Of a stretch of 64,000 bases of DNA, positions 1-14,300 are shown in pieces; position 1 is the first letter of the stretch; every line of letters starts with the position of its first letter. The position numbers and the translations under genes were made by a program. Source of the stretch: Macrostomum lignano (Eukaryota); the NCBI GenBank assembly GCA_002269645.1, contig NIVC01000810.1, positions 1 to 64,000 on the forward strand. Reading direction: 5' to 3'. Under the pieces are notes generated by a model, which was not told where the DNA came from, ran no database searches, and worked only from the letters and a program-made list of their open reading frames with translations.

Positions 1-2358
1 CTATAGTCAATTTTTTAAGCTAGATCTTTAACCCCTTGATATTATAGTTCTATTTCTATTTATAAGTGTAACTAAACATTCTAAATATATTTGTTCATAT
101 TTATAGCCATATCTAATTTTCCTTTAGCTTTTCATATCTATATCACTATAGTCTAAACAAGTGCAAATCCAAAAAAAATTGTAATAGGGGAGCACAGATT
201 ACTAAAGGTACTAATGATAATGTGTATTTTCCATATAAAAATCAAACTCAACAGGAAGCATATACCCTTATGTGCCCCCCTCTCCCTAATTCTGTTACTG
301 AGTCTGGATCATGCTGGTGCATACCTAAACAAAAATCTAATATTTACAAATGCATACCAAAAAAATGAATATATGCTCAAACTCTTAAATCTAGTATGTT
401 GCAAGAATAAATGACCTTTTTGCATTGCAACAATGAATGACCTTTTTGCATTGCATAAAAGACCTTTTTGGCTGATAATTTGGTTGATTATTTTTCTTTT
501 TTGTCTAGACTATTTATAGCAATAATTTAATGTGTACAAACATTTGTTTAAATGCCTTATTATTGAGCTTAAAAGCTAGAGAGCTTGAAATTTATGCTTA
601 AATATGAAAAGTTTAACCTTTTTCCCACTTGATACAAAACTTTCTGCATGATTCTATGAAATGCACACCAGGTATGTATGCACAACTTTAGGCATGCAAG
701 GCCAATACAGGCCCAAATTTTGGTGTATACTACATGATCTGGAGTGTGGCTATATTATATCTATATCTTATATACATAATAAATTAATTTTCTTTAATGT
801 TTAATGCTATTAAATTCAATGGCTATAGTTTTTCTAGTATTCACTATAATATAGTGATAAAATAAAAAATGACATCAATAGTTCAACCTATCACTTATTA
901 CTAGGTCTTATTTATTTGAGATAGGCCTTATTTAGCATCCCTCATTTTCTTAGAAAGTAATTGTATTTGAAACTAGGCTATTTTTGTTTTAATGAGTATA
1001 ATATCAGTAATATTATAAATATTATGAAATTTTATTTGTTTAAAACAAAACTGAGAAAGGGGTATAAATACACAAGCAGAATCAAAAGGAAACCAACTTG
1101 TCCGCCGCTTGCTTCAAGCTTGAAATTGTTCTAGTATCTCGAAATTGAAGCCTTGTTCAATACTTATTGACTTAGTTATTTAGGTAGAAGCATTAAGAAG
1201 CCAAAAATGGGAGAGTTCAAACCATTCTCAGAAGAATGAAAAATCTAAATCTAGAAATCTGAGAAGTTGCCTTTAGAAAGGCAGAGATCCTACCACAAGG
1301 TAGAGAAGTCCAGACTCAGAGTCTGAGATACCCACCTCAGGGCAGAATAACTAGCAAATAAGCTGTGACCCTCTGATCCTGGGAACGCCTAGGACTGAGA
1401 GAATAATATCTTTAGAGGACTATAGGAATAGGATAGACAGTGCCATTAGACCACTCAGGCTAAAAAGTATACACACTACCAATAGAAGTACATGCACTAC
1501 CAGTAAAAAGGCAAGTAATAACCAGTAAGATCAGTAAGAAGAAATAACCCCTGTTACAACTTTGGTGGCTAACCAGTAGGATTATTTATAAAGACAGAGC
1601 AGAAGCAAGCCCTACATCAACTTTTGGTCTCAGTGGTGGGATTTTGTATTGTACAGGAACACCGCTAGTACATATTCATTATATAAAAAATATTGTGCAA
1701 AGAATTTATCTTCAAATATTTAGCCTTTACCACCTAACATGCTCATGGTATTGAAAATCCATTGTTTGAGTCCCCAACCCTAGGGAGCTCATACAAATAT
1801 CTCATAAAAGATAGCTATGGGAACTAGAACTAGATTTATTTGGGAATAATGAATGTGGAGTTAATAGGATTCAAGAGGCTATGGAAAATCTCTATCCTGA
1901 CAGTCCACTCATGACAATTACTCATTGTCTTTTTTACCTTTTTGTTGTTAGGGACAGGGATATCAATTTTTGTGATTTACTTTGGCTACTCATAGTGGTC
2001 TCTTTACCCAGCTAGATTTTTTAGCATGATTTGTTGCTCCACTTTTTGGCTCTTGGCCCACAAGTTGACAAGAAAATAAATGCACTAGAGTTCTGCCATA
2101 GCAAGGAATATGGCTATGGGAAGTTTATAGATATGGAGGTTTTTAGACAAAGCATATGAATATGGTTATGGGAATACATATTTCCCATATCTAGTTCCTG
2201 TATCTAGTAATACCATTCATCTGAGTCTTGAAAGACCATTGAGCTGTTGATTTGATGGGAGTTATGATATTAATAGTACTAGTAACAGTTGAAGCAGAGC
2301 ATCAGTTAGAGTTAGCCTAAATTCAACTAATTAGATTTCAGTGCATGCTGCTGCATCG

Positions 2359-5300
2359 ATGATTGCACAGCGCCTATCTATACTAAGCTGCCAAATTTGC
2401 CGCAGCTGGCTTCGCAGTCTGAGCAGCAATGCCGGCAGTTTAGCAACTTCACTGCGCAGTCACGCCTGCGGCCAGCTCAACTCGAGCCTCGCTGGCCAAC
2501 CGCCACTTTGTGCGGCTGGCTTGCCCGCCTGCGGAATCGGGACAGTTCGCCCTGCTGCGGGATCGCTATGGGACTGTTCAGGTATTTGTCTGCTGTACAA
2601 TGTTCATTGGTTCCTTGTCCGAATCTTCCCAATTCCGAAATCATAGTCGAATCTTCCCTATTCCAAAATATTTGTGTCAAAATCTCCCCGATTCCAAAAT
2701 CATTGTGTCCGAATCTTCCCAATTCCGAAATCATTGTGTCCGAATCTTCCCTATTAAATATTTGTGTATAAAGCTCCCTGATTCCGAAATCATTGTGACC
2801 GAATCTTCCCAATTCCGAAATCATAGTATTCGAATCTTCCCTATTCCAAAATAGTGTCCAAATCTCCCCGATTCCGAAATTATAGTGTCCGAATCTTCCC
2901 GATTCCAAAATATTTAAGCCCGAATCTCCCCGATTCTGAAATCATTGTGTCTGAATCTTCCTGATTCCAAAATCTTTTCCAATTCGATATTATTTGTCCT
3001 AAATCTTCCTGATCCCGAAATCTTTGTGTCCGAATCTTCCCATTTCTAAAATCTGTGTCCGAATCTTCCCGATTCCGAACTACTGGTCCCAAACCGTCCC
3101 ATCCCCGCAGGTTGTGCCGGCCAACCCGGCAGCTCGGGCGGCTCTCCGCTCAGCGCCGCTGGAATCAACCCTGCAAGTGTCCGGTTTGGTGCAGCTCCGT
3201 CCCGAGCGGGATCGAAATCCCAGCATGCCAACTGGAGAAATCGAACTCGTGGCCGACACCGTGACGGTCATGGGTCCCGTGGCGAATGAGGCAGTGCCGC
3301 TGCTGCCACAGAACGCTGACAGAGGCATGCCGGAGACCCGGTTGAAATACAGGCTAGTGCATGTGTTGGGACTTCGGGCTGGGACTTCAGCTGATCAACC
3401 CCAGCTTCATCGCGTTTGGGTCATCAGTACCGGCTTCCGTGGTACTAGGTCATGAATCGTGAATTCAGTAGGTTATTACCAATCTTAGTTTCAATGAGTC
3501 ATCGGTCCCGGTTTCAGTGGGTCATCAGTCACAGTCTCGGTGGGTCATCAGTGACAGTTTCGGTGAGTCATCAGCCAGTTTGTCATTCATCAGTGCTAAC
3601 CTTGTATCTACTAATCAACCCTTTATCGCAGGCACCTGGCCCTTCGCTCTGACTCGATGCAGTGCCGTCTGGAGCTTCGATCGTCTCTGCTGCACAGCCT
3701 GCGCCGGTTCCTGGTTGAGCAGCATCGCTTTGTCGAGCTGGAGACGCCGACGCTGTTCCGAGCCACGCCCGTGCGCCAGGGAGTTCGTGGTCCCGGCACG
3801 ATTGCACAGGGGCAGAGGAGAGCGCTGCCAGGGCTACTCGCTTGTTCAGAGTCCTCAGCAGCTCAAACAGCTGCTCATGATGGCCGGATTTGATCGCTAT
3901 TTTCAGCTGGCAGGTGTTACAGGGACGAGAGTGGACGGCCTGACAGGTGATGCACAATGAGTTGTTGATTCAGCTTTTTTAAATATTGATATTTAAATAG
4001 GCTCTAAAAACTAAAATCTTATCTAGACAAATCATTTGGCGTTAAAGGTCCCTAATATCGCTTCTAATCCACTTTAAAAACAGCCGCTAATCCAGCCTAA
4101 GAATGGACTTTAATTCAATCTAATGGCCTCTAATCTTAGCCTGGAGAATCTTAGCCTGGAGGCGAGGGTCGCCCATTCCGCTAGCCCCTGAAGGCCCGCA
4201 GACAGGCAAGGGCGCAGGGCCGGTCAGGGTGGTTTGCCAGTCCGTCCTGCAGCGTGATCTTCCGTGGTGAACAGAATGGCTCGTCTTGTTGCCCGGAGAT
4301 GCTTTCGGGCTGGCTGGCAGACCTCATCGATAGACGGGGTGGGTCCGAGGTAGCGTAGCCGGTCTCTGGTAAAGAAAGGGCAGTGACAGACAAAGTGCTG
4401 AGCATCTTTATTCGCAAAAAGGGCAAAGTTCACTCTCGAGGTCACCTTGGAGGAAGCAGTGCCTGGCGAGGTAGTAATGACCGGTAAGTGTCATCGACAG
4501 CGGCGCGGATATCCTTTTGATTTTGGTTGAGAAGGATGTTCCTGAGCCTGCGAGAGAGACACGATTTCTGGGTGCCAGCCCATCTGTCCCTGTGAAGAGA
4601 TCTAGCTCAGCCGTCGATCTGACGATTGATGACCGTGGAAAGGATAGGGACCAAGAGGCTCAGAGCCCAGGGAGCGGAGCCGGAGCCGCCCCTCTTGTCG
4701 AGGGTGTCTGCCATCTCGTTCCTGGAATTTACTTCAGCCTGACAGTATTGCTACTGGACAGGAGGTTGAGCTGCCGGGCGCAGTCAGTAACTGTCGGGGA
4801 GTTCGTGGAGGTGTGGCAAAGGGCCTGCAAGGCTGCTGGGCTGTCAGAGTTGATGACGATAGTCTCTCCTTTCATACCTTTGGCATTAAGTTCTTCAGCG
4901 CAGGAACTGATAGCAAAGACTTTGTTCTGGAAGACCGTGCAGAGTCTGCTAGTGTGCTGGGCATGCGTGGCAATGACGCGGCCGTTGATGATGATGATGA
5001 TGCAGACCCAAAGCCGGCGTAGCCGTCTGATGGGTCCGTCCGTGTAACAACTAACAATGGACCTCCTGGAAATTCCAGTGGTCAGTGGCAGCATCCCTTG
5101 AGGGGATGGTGACCTTGTAGCGCTGAAAGAGGTTGAGAGCGCGGGGTTCACTGTCAGATAAGACGTGGAGCCCGCCGCTTTCTCTCAAGTCTTTAAGGCA
5201 GAGGTCGGCGTGAGGCAGGAGCTTGTGCTTAGGCATGACCCTACGGGGCAGGAAACGAATGCCGGCGTCAATCAGACGGCGGGCAGTCTTAGCAGCTTCC

Positions 5301-8300
5301 CTGCAGACAAATATGTCCAGAGGGGGAATGTTGAGGAGGGCGTTGAGGCCATTGTAAGGAGCAGACGGGGGCGCTCATGATCATGCGGCATGCGCGCCCT
5401 TGCGCTCTCCAGAAAGTCTCTAGGCAGGTTTCATCTGCAGGGCGCTAGCCCAAATCAGGCCGCCGTACGAGATAGCAGGTCTAACCATTGCAGTGTAGAT
5501 CCCCCAGAGGCGCTTGGGGGTGAGCCCCCAGGTGGTATCGACGGCCCTGCGCAGCTTCACGAGAATTGCGAGGGCCCTCTTGGCTGCATTCCTAGCGTGG
5601 GGTGACCAGTTCAGCCTTGGTCCAGGGTAATCCCAGCCTGCTTTCTTTCCGTAAAGCGTAAGCGGCCGAATCTGCGAAATAGTCCTGCCGGTGAACATGA
5701 TCGCTGCCATCTTTGTCTCAGAGAGCTTTAGACCGCAGCGATCGGCCCATTGCTCAGCGGCGTAGATGAAATTCTGAAGGAGGTCTCTAGGGTATCAGAA
5801 GACGCCAAGGCAACCACTTACATCTAGCGAACGTCGTCCGAACGTCGGCAGCTGACGTCGGCTTCCAACCCTAATTGGCCTTGTTTCACAAAATCTGGAA
5901 TACATGAATCTAGGTTTTCTTTTATTAGAAATGCAGCAATACTGCCGGATAGCAAATTCATCGCATTCACTTGGCAACAAATCATTGATAGAGTAATAGT
6001 TTGTTGTAATTTTGTTAATTTTGTCACAAGTTAAGCCAAGTACAGCTCATAAGAAAGGGTGGAAATTGAATGTCTCCAACCTAATTTGAAACTTTTCCGC
6101 AGGGCAGCGTCTGCAAAATTTTACTGCACTTGTTTGAACATAAAAGAATAAGAATATGGATTCACTAAACTTTGCTAAAAGAAAATGAACAATGAGAAAA
6201 AGACAGTATTGTCACGAGTAGCATAACGTTTAAAGTTAATCCTCGCGCTGATTGCCGTGGAGTGCTGCTGACCTAAATATTACAGAAAATATTTGGAGAA
6301 AGCTGTTAACAAAAAGTAAATAAAACAACAGGACTTTGAAAAAAATGTTTTTTTACCTGAAGCTTCTCTAGCCATATTAGGAGAGCGTGTTGACAGAAAA
6401 GTCTGCATAACTGGACTGACTGGTTCTAATATTTCCAGAAAAGAGGTTTGCTATAATGATTTAAATAAGGCAATCATCGTATATGTCTTTAGATAAAAAA
6501 CAAGATTTTCTAACGTAATAGTCTCGAATGCTGTTATGCCAATAGAGAAAAACTTATCAATTGCAGTAGGCAAAACAGGTGGACCTGGCATGCTGAAAGT
6601 GTTCTGCTGGATGTTCTGCTTTTTGATGGTGCTCCAGTCAGCAGTTGAAGTTTTGTAGGGTTACTATCTACAAAAATATCAGCTAGTTGGCTAGAACTAG
6701 GTGCGCTTAGGACATGGCCCTTCAGTATCTTCAGCTTCAGTAGTCAAATTATCAAAGCCTTGAAAAGCCTTTTGTCGGCAGTGGCGAGCAGTCTTCCTCT
6801 GGCGACTAGTACCCAGGCGTGCCACTTCGCGTCCAGTCCGCTTAGGCCAGTAACACCGTGTTCTTCCAACCATCCATGCTCCACTTACATACTCCACAGT
6901 CTCATCTTTGTGGAATTGCACTACTGGGAAGTTCATCTGAAGCAATGAAATTAAGAATGTAGAGAAATGAAAGCGATACTGCTCATGTGTGGCAATCCAA
7001 CACATTTAGCTTTAAAATATGGACAAATGAAAGTAGAAAATCTGAGATCTGAGTGACAGTTCTACTTGGAAGTCTGTTTGGAAGATATCCTTGCATCCGC
7101 TAAAGAAGCAAACAGCGCATTACACTTAGACATACTAGTTGCATATAGTCATATGAAAATATTTATCATGTCAATTTTGAGTTCCAATTGAGGATATGCT
7201 TGATTATGATGAGCCTCATCTTCCATGTCCAGAATTGATTTGTCTGTTCGAAGTGTACGAGCACTAGTCATTTCATCAACCACAACATGACCTACATGTG
7301 TTCCAGAAGCAGTGCAGTTATCACATGATGAATACCCTCTGTGCCGCTTTACACCTTTGATAAAAGCTTTAGCTGTTGAATCACAAATGAACATAAAGCT
7401 AACATCTTCAATTTCTTTCGAGTCACAAATAGGCTGAGTTAAAATGCCTTAAGTAATGGGTCTACCAGGTCCAAAGTAGACTTCAATTACAAATGGTGCA
7501 TCAGAATCAACTGCACCAAGGATAGACCAAAGTTCATGCTTTGAGCTTTAAAAATAGTGAGTCCATCAATGTTAATTTGCACTTGTAGCTTTGAGAGCAT
7601 TGAACCAGTATTAGTAATATTATTTAGTATATTGTGATTTATTGACTCGCGGTGTGCTCAAAAGTGCCCTCGCTGACTTGGGCAGGTTTGGAATATGACT
7701 CTGTTAATTCAATAACTCTGAAGTAGCAGCAAGTGTTATTTTAAATCTGATTGCCCATTCCTTAATTGTCTCATTAAAACAAACACTTCTTATTGAGATA
7801 TCTTCAACTTCATCTTCTTTACTTCACTCTGGGTAATAATAGTCGGCTGATAAACAATAGGTCTGGCGGGTGGTCGCGGCGAGTAGGATGGCCGAGGTCA
7901 GTAGCGTCGGTGACGGCGTTGAGGCTGGACCGGGGCGGGCACCCGTCGAGGGCTTCTAGCGGTGTTCCAACAGGCGCGTTGGCAGCGTCCAGTAGCCATT
8001 GGCCGACTCTCCTCATCATACTGAGCGGCGTTCAGCTCCCGAGTTTCTTCGTCAAGACTGCACCAGGCTTCGTGGGCGCGGAGAGCAAGCGCGGTCTCGT
8101 GGTGGTCTCAAGGAGTTGCCTCGCCAGGTCGGACTCAGGGATGTGGGTAATGCGGAGGAACTTGTTGGCGGTTCGCTCCAGGGCCTGGATGTAGAGGGCT
8201 GGGAGTTCGGCTTCAGCGAGCAGGGCTCTCTGGTTGGTGATGCTAAGGCAACCGGTCATCACTCTGGCGCATTTGTGCTGCTTCGCTTCCAGCTTCTCCC

Positions 8301-11300
8301 GGACCGAAGGCGCCGCGTGTATGAAGTAGATGGCCGCCCCATAGTCTAAAACCGAGCGGATGTACGCGGTGTAGGCCGCTCGGAGAGTTTTCAGGTTGGC
8401 GCCATATGATTTACCAGCAATATTGATGCGACAGTTATGGCGGTTTGCCATTTTGGACATGACGTAGTCGACGTGTGGGGCGAAGGTTAATTGGTCTATG
8501 AGTTTGAGTCCGTGAAAGGTGGGTGCCGGCTCACAGGCAAGCGGAGGTTCAGCGTGAAGGTTGGGAAGCTGCATTTGCTTGTGCTGAGTTCACAAGTCCA
8601 GGCGACTATGGTGTCTATCGCCGGTTGTAGCGAGGCGGCACAGTCGTGCAGGCTGCGGCCAGTCGCAAGCAGCGCTGAGTCATCGGCGAACAATGACCGG
8701 TGGACCGATGTGTCCAGGTTCTGGTTGATGTCGTTGACATAGATCAGCCAGAGGAGTGGGGCGATCACGGAGCCCTGTGGCAGACCATCAGTGAAGACCC
8801 TCCAGTTGGACACCGCGTCGTCCCATCTCACTCTCGCTCTCCGGTCAGTCAGAAGGCTCTTGATGAAGTTAATGACGTGGGCCGGGATTTCCATCCTGGC
8901 CAAGTTGGCATAGAGCGCTGGGCGCCAGACTTTGCCGTAGCCTTGGCGAAAGCAGCGCCTGCTTGCGCTGGTCCTCTAGAATATGGACCGCTTCGCAATA
9001 CCCTGTTAACTGCTGCATTTAAAGGCCAAAGTCCTGCGTGGGCACATACTTATTTGGCCTTGGCACCCAGTGTGCCGCATTAAGCTCATTTTGCAGACGC
9101 ACCGAGTCAATTAGTAGATCATCTAAATTAGCCATGACTAAAGAGGCAAACACGACAGCTCCGAGACAGCCGGAACAAACAAGATACAGAGGCTCAAAAC
9201 TAAACTGCCTGCCGAGACAACCCACACTCAAACGCACGCACTAGTACAGCAGGGGAGAGAACCGGAATCCTGATCACGGCAGCACTTTGTTGTGTCTTGG
9301 CCTATGGCCAACGGAATGGTGAGCGGGTCCACCCGCCGGACACCCAGGTCCCAGCCCCAACCCTAGTTAAGCCTACGCGCCCTGACTGACCCGGCGAGAG
9401 TTCGCCGATCGCAGGTCCCTCACTCAATCCCACCGGCCACTCGCAGCAAACCCAGGAGAAAGAAGCATGAGCTTACCTCTGCTTTCAATTCTAGCATCCG
9501 CGACCGAACGGATAGTGTCTATTTGAACAGCGAACGCAAACTGTGGAGACGAAAAAACGGACGCAATTGGCCGAGAGCGGCAACTAAAAACAGAACAGTG
9601 GAGCGCAGAACGAACAGTGGAAGGAGAGGGGCGAGCAAAAAAAGTTTATCAGCTCGCCAGCCAATGCGAGCGGCCCAGAGTGGGGTGGGGCAAAGAGGGA
9701 GAGGTGTAGCAAGCGCACAGATTGGACAGGGACTGACGGAGGTTTATGCCTCTCACAAACCCTGGCACAGGCGCGAGACAGGGTGGGGTAGCACGAAAAC
9801 ACGAACACGAACAACAGAAGGGCAGGGTAGACTGGAAGGGTGCGGCACAGCACAATTATCATATTTTTATAATAATAAATATTCTCTGATTGACACCTAC
9901 TACACACGGTATATGGCATAATCTATAGTGCTGAGTTTGTAGTGCATTACAGTGCAAGTACATTTGAAAGTGGATTAATGTAACATTTAGTTTTGATCTT
10001 AACGCAACCTCTAGTATTTTAAAGCGAGTTTTTTGCTTCAAGTATTTTATTGATAGTAAATGAATTCATAGGAGGCTCAATCTTTTCAGGATCCTTCGGC
10101 CCATTGCCGCACCTCCTTCAATGTATTCATGAAATTGCAAGCCATGTCTTGTCAGTGTGCGTTTTCTTTTCCAAAACGCACAACCATTCCGACAGCCAGC
10201 ATCTCCTTGTCGTATATAATTTTTTTAGTTTGGTTTATTGTATAATTAGTTTGCATCGCTACATACAGTTAATAGCTAAATTGAAAACGAATTATTGTGT
10301 TAAAGCAATAGAAAGTTACAAAAAGAAACTGAAAATATAACTAAAAAGCAGTATGAAATATGCTCATACAAAACAAGATAACGGTGGCACAAATTGGTTT
10401 TAAAGCAACTCGGATATTATTGCACCTTCAGCAGAACTGCTTACATTATAACGAGCACAGTAGCCTGTTTTACTGATGCCGCGAGCTGTACACCATAATT
10501 CACCTGAGCAAACTCCGAGCATACTCAGGATGAGTTGCATCCACATTGAACCGTTGACTCCACGTGTCGCTGAAGTCGCGATGTGCCGACTCTATCGCCT
10601 GCTCAGACCAAAACCCAACTCAATCCTCGGCCAGACTAGACTGCCATCGCCTCCAAAATCTGCGGCACTTGGTCAATGAGGGCGTCGGCTTTTGGATTAA
10701 TGTTGATGGTCAGAACGTGGTATGCCGCCTCAAACTCCTTGATTGCCGCATCGTAGCCTTCAAGCAGTTGCTGGCCGAAGCCATTCTGCTGGACAGCTCG
10801 CAAACAGCTGAATGCATGGGCGACAGGCACTCCGCTGAAGGCAGCGTGGTCAGCAAGGATCTCCACCAAGCAGTCGGTCACACTCATTGCCGTTGAACTG
10901 GCTGACATGATGCGGTGAGCGCCGTATGTGGAGAGCCTCAGCTCACTGCGCAGCACGGACTCCGTCAGGATCGTCGTCGTACAACCTGTTGACAAGGCCT
11001 AGCAGCAGGTGGAGCTCCATGGGCGGTACTGCTTCCAGCGTGTTCGAACTGTCTGTCCAATTCAGCAGTGGTTGCCTTATGCAGTTGCGGTACGGCGTAC
11101 GGCTCGCCTGATGGTTTTGAGCTTCGTGCAGATGTGGACAAGACCCCTGCCATGGTGGAGTGACATCTCTGGCAGATGGTGATGTGGCGCGCAGGTGGAA
11201 GCTCCTTGTTTGGCGAATCGATCTTCGGTCTGCCCAGGCAATGCGGCTCCGGCTTCCAGGTGCCGAGCCCTCGTTCGGGTTCAGGTTAGGGTTAGGGTTA

Positions 11301-14300
11301 GGTAGGATCAGTGTTCCGAACCGAAAGCAGGCGCCAGAGGTCTAATAAAAAATAACTAAGATGAAGAAAATTTCAAGGATTCAGGGTGCTTAACGCGTTT
11401 CGGTTTAAACAACCTTCTTCAGGAGCAAAAATGTAAAGAAGAATTAGATTGGAACAATTTCTTTTAATGTACGAGTATAATGTTTACAGACTGGGATGAG
11501 TGACAACAAATGGAGAGGCGCAGGGGTACACTGTAAATTGTAGAGGTCCGAAAAAAGGTACGCTGGAGGTCCATACGTAAGGTCCGCAGCGTAGTCATAC
11601 GGACCCACCATGGGGTCCGTATGCTTCTAAGGTCCATAATGACAGGTCCGTTTGAGGGTCCGCATGAGGTCCGCATGTGAAGGTCCAAATGAAGGTCCGA
11701 AGCGTAGCCATATACGGACCTCTGGTTAAGGGGTCCGAATGTCAGCGAGAGGTCCGATTTTCTCCAATACCAATTTTTGAGGTGCATCGAAGCAAAAAAT
11801 GAAAAGCTCAAACCAGTATGCGTTTTCATTTAAATTCCAATAGCATTATGACCCAGCTGTCTTCTGTTGGCTCTTACTTGTTGACTTAAATACAGCCATA
11901 GGATTTTTATATTGTCGAACTTGAGAAACTAAGTATTTATGATTTCATAAATAATTAATATCAAATAAGCACATGTTGACAGCATTGTGACAACCAAGAT
12001 TTTAGAAAAATAAATAGTGCAGCACCAAGAGAATAGATCATGCATGGCAAATAGGTGAAACAGCGGAAAATAATAAGTAAAGAGATCCTATAGGAGACCT
12101 TTTTTGTTGGTACATTTTACAGAACTCTTGTAGCATCAGTTTCCATGTTTTTTTCTCACTCTCGCTCTCACTTTGTTGGTCCGCCTGTATACGTCTATAG
12201 TATAATGTTCAAGTTAAAAACTAAACTTCGTTGAATTTTTAAAAAGATCGTAATGCAACAATAGGGTAACATACTACTTTCATCATGATTTCAATCCACA
12301 GACAGAAGTTATAACAAAAAAGTGCACAGCAAAACATAACAAAACAAATGCTACACATTCACTTACTCTTTAATAAAAACTGCAGTCAAACCTGCTTTTC
12401 ACACCCGTTGGTCCGACAAAATTGGCTACCTGACCAGGAAATCGCAGTCGCGCGATAAAAAATTCGTGCCGCATCTCACCCATTGCACGAACTGTTTATA
12501 CCATTTTGCTTTTTATTTCGGCACATCTGCAATTGATTTCACAATTGCTCACATAAACAAACTGACATATCTCACTCGCACGCAAGCAAGAATTAAACGT
12601 TTTGTGTTTGCAACAGACCTGCCAAAATCTATCGCAGTTTTGACGAATTTTATTGCAGCATCGTCCATGAATGGACCTTGCCATAGACTATATGATGCAC
12701 CACACAGCTCTTCCCCAATATAATGCGAGCATCTGTGGAAATCAACTGCAGAAATGCCGAAAAAATGCAAAATGGTATATTACGACCGTCAGGATTAGGC
12801 TACTTAGTAAAAATTGCATGGACTGTTCAATAAACGGTCACCGAAATGCAGAAACCAGAGTTGCAGCCATGGTCCGAGTAACGGCAGACCGCCGGCGAAG
12901 ACCAGCTAATACTTCTATTGCTTCGAGAAAGGCCTCCAGGCATGGCAGGTGCTGCAGATTAAATGCGATAAAGACCAATATGAATAAGACTATTCCATTT
13001 GTATACTTTTAAATACACTCCATTTGGACAGAAATTAAATGTTTAATATAATCTTGGCTAATAATCAATAATATTATAAGGCATGAAGACAAAGTTTACA
13101 AACAAACGATGATATAGAAAAAGCATCCATACTTCATTATGTATGAGATAAATATTGCCAAATAATATACCAAAATATTGTAAAAGATGTAACATTTGGC
13201 TAGCAGTACATGGCAAATGAAAATTTTAAATATGATACTTAGTCAACATTGGAAAAGATTCATACGGAACTAGTGACAACTGTCTATTAATATATTCAAT
13301 GCTTATATAAAAGTTTTTCATAGCATTTTCTAAAACAATACATAATACAATATGTGAAACACCTTCTAATAAATCATGCATAATATCAGGTGCAAAGAAG
13401 AATGGAAACTCAATATATAAAGATTTTGAAAAGGAGATACATTGATAAACCCTCTAATTGCATTACGTGATGCATCAATTATAGTAGAATAGTTATGATA
13501 ATTAAAACTAAATAATTCATTTAAATTGTCATAATCAATGTTGCAAATATCACTATACTTTCTATCACAAAATCTACAAATATAGCCACTTGAAAAACAT
13601 TTATTAAGGCCAATCATTTGATGCATTGATAAATTGTCACCTATCATAAAGCAAGCTATAACTGGTAATTTTACTGATTCACTAATTTTAAATTTATTTA
13701 TATATAAATCATTCAGTTCTTTGATTAGTGGGTCTAAACAAAAATCTAAACCTAGTTGCTTAATTTTTTTATCTGTAAAAATCATACTCAAAAAAACAAA
13801 ATTTGATTTTGAATTGAAGTGGTCTGGAAAATTAAGAATAGTATAATAAATGACACATAATTTATGCTTAGTCTTGGCTGAACCTATTGGATTACAAATT
13901 TCTATTTCATCAGAATATAATTTTAAATAAATACCATTTGGAGAAATAGGAACAATATAGTTTAGAAAATACGAGTAAGTGGACTTAAAAAAAGATTGTC
14001 ATTGCTGCATGAAGGCAAAATTAAATATTTTAATAAATATGGGTTCTTAATAATTGCAGTTAGCATTTCAAAGATTGACATATATTGCAATTTACTACTA
14101 GTACCATCATGGACAAAGGAAATAGGCTCTACAAAATTAAATTCATTTTTCAAAATTTCAATTTTTTTGTCATTTAATAGATGGTCAAGTGATATGTCAA
14201 TCATATGTTCCATATTTAATGATTGTAATGTATTTTTGGCCAATATAGATGGATAATTTTCCTTAAAAAATTGGTTAAATAGCAAATTGTAGTCCTTTGC

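Noticed and set aside
9240-9480. GC-rich segment with small hairpins, considered as an HDV-like or hammerhead ribozyme
   Set aside because: I could not build the required nested pseudoknot or the CUGAUGA/GAAA core by eye.
11284-11302. TTAGGG-like run (GGTTAGGGTTAGGGTTAGG)
   Set aside because: Only about three units; too short to call an interstitial telomere.
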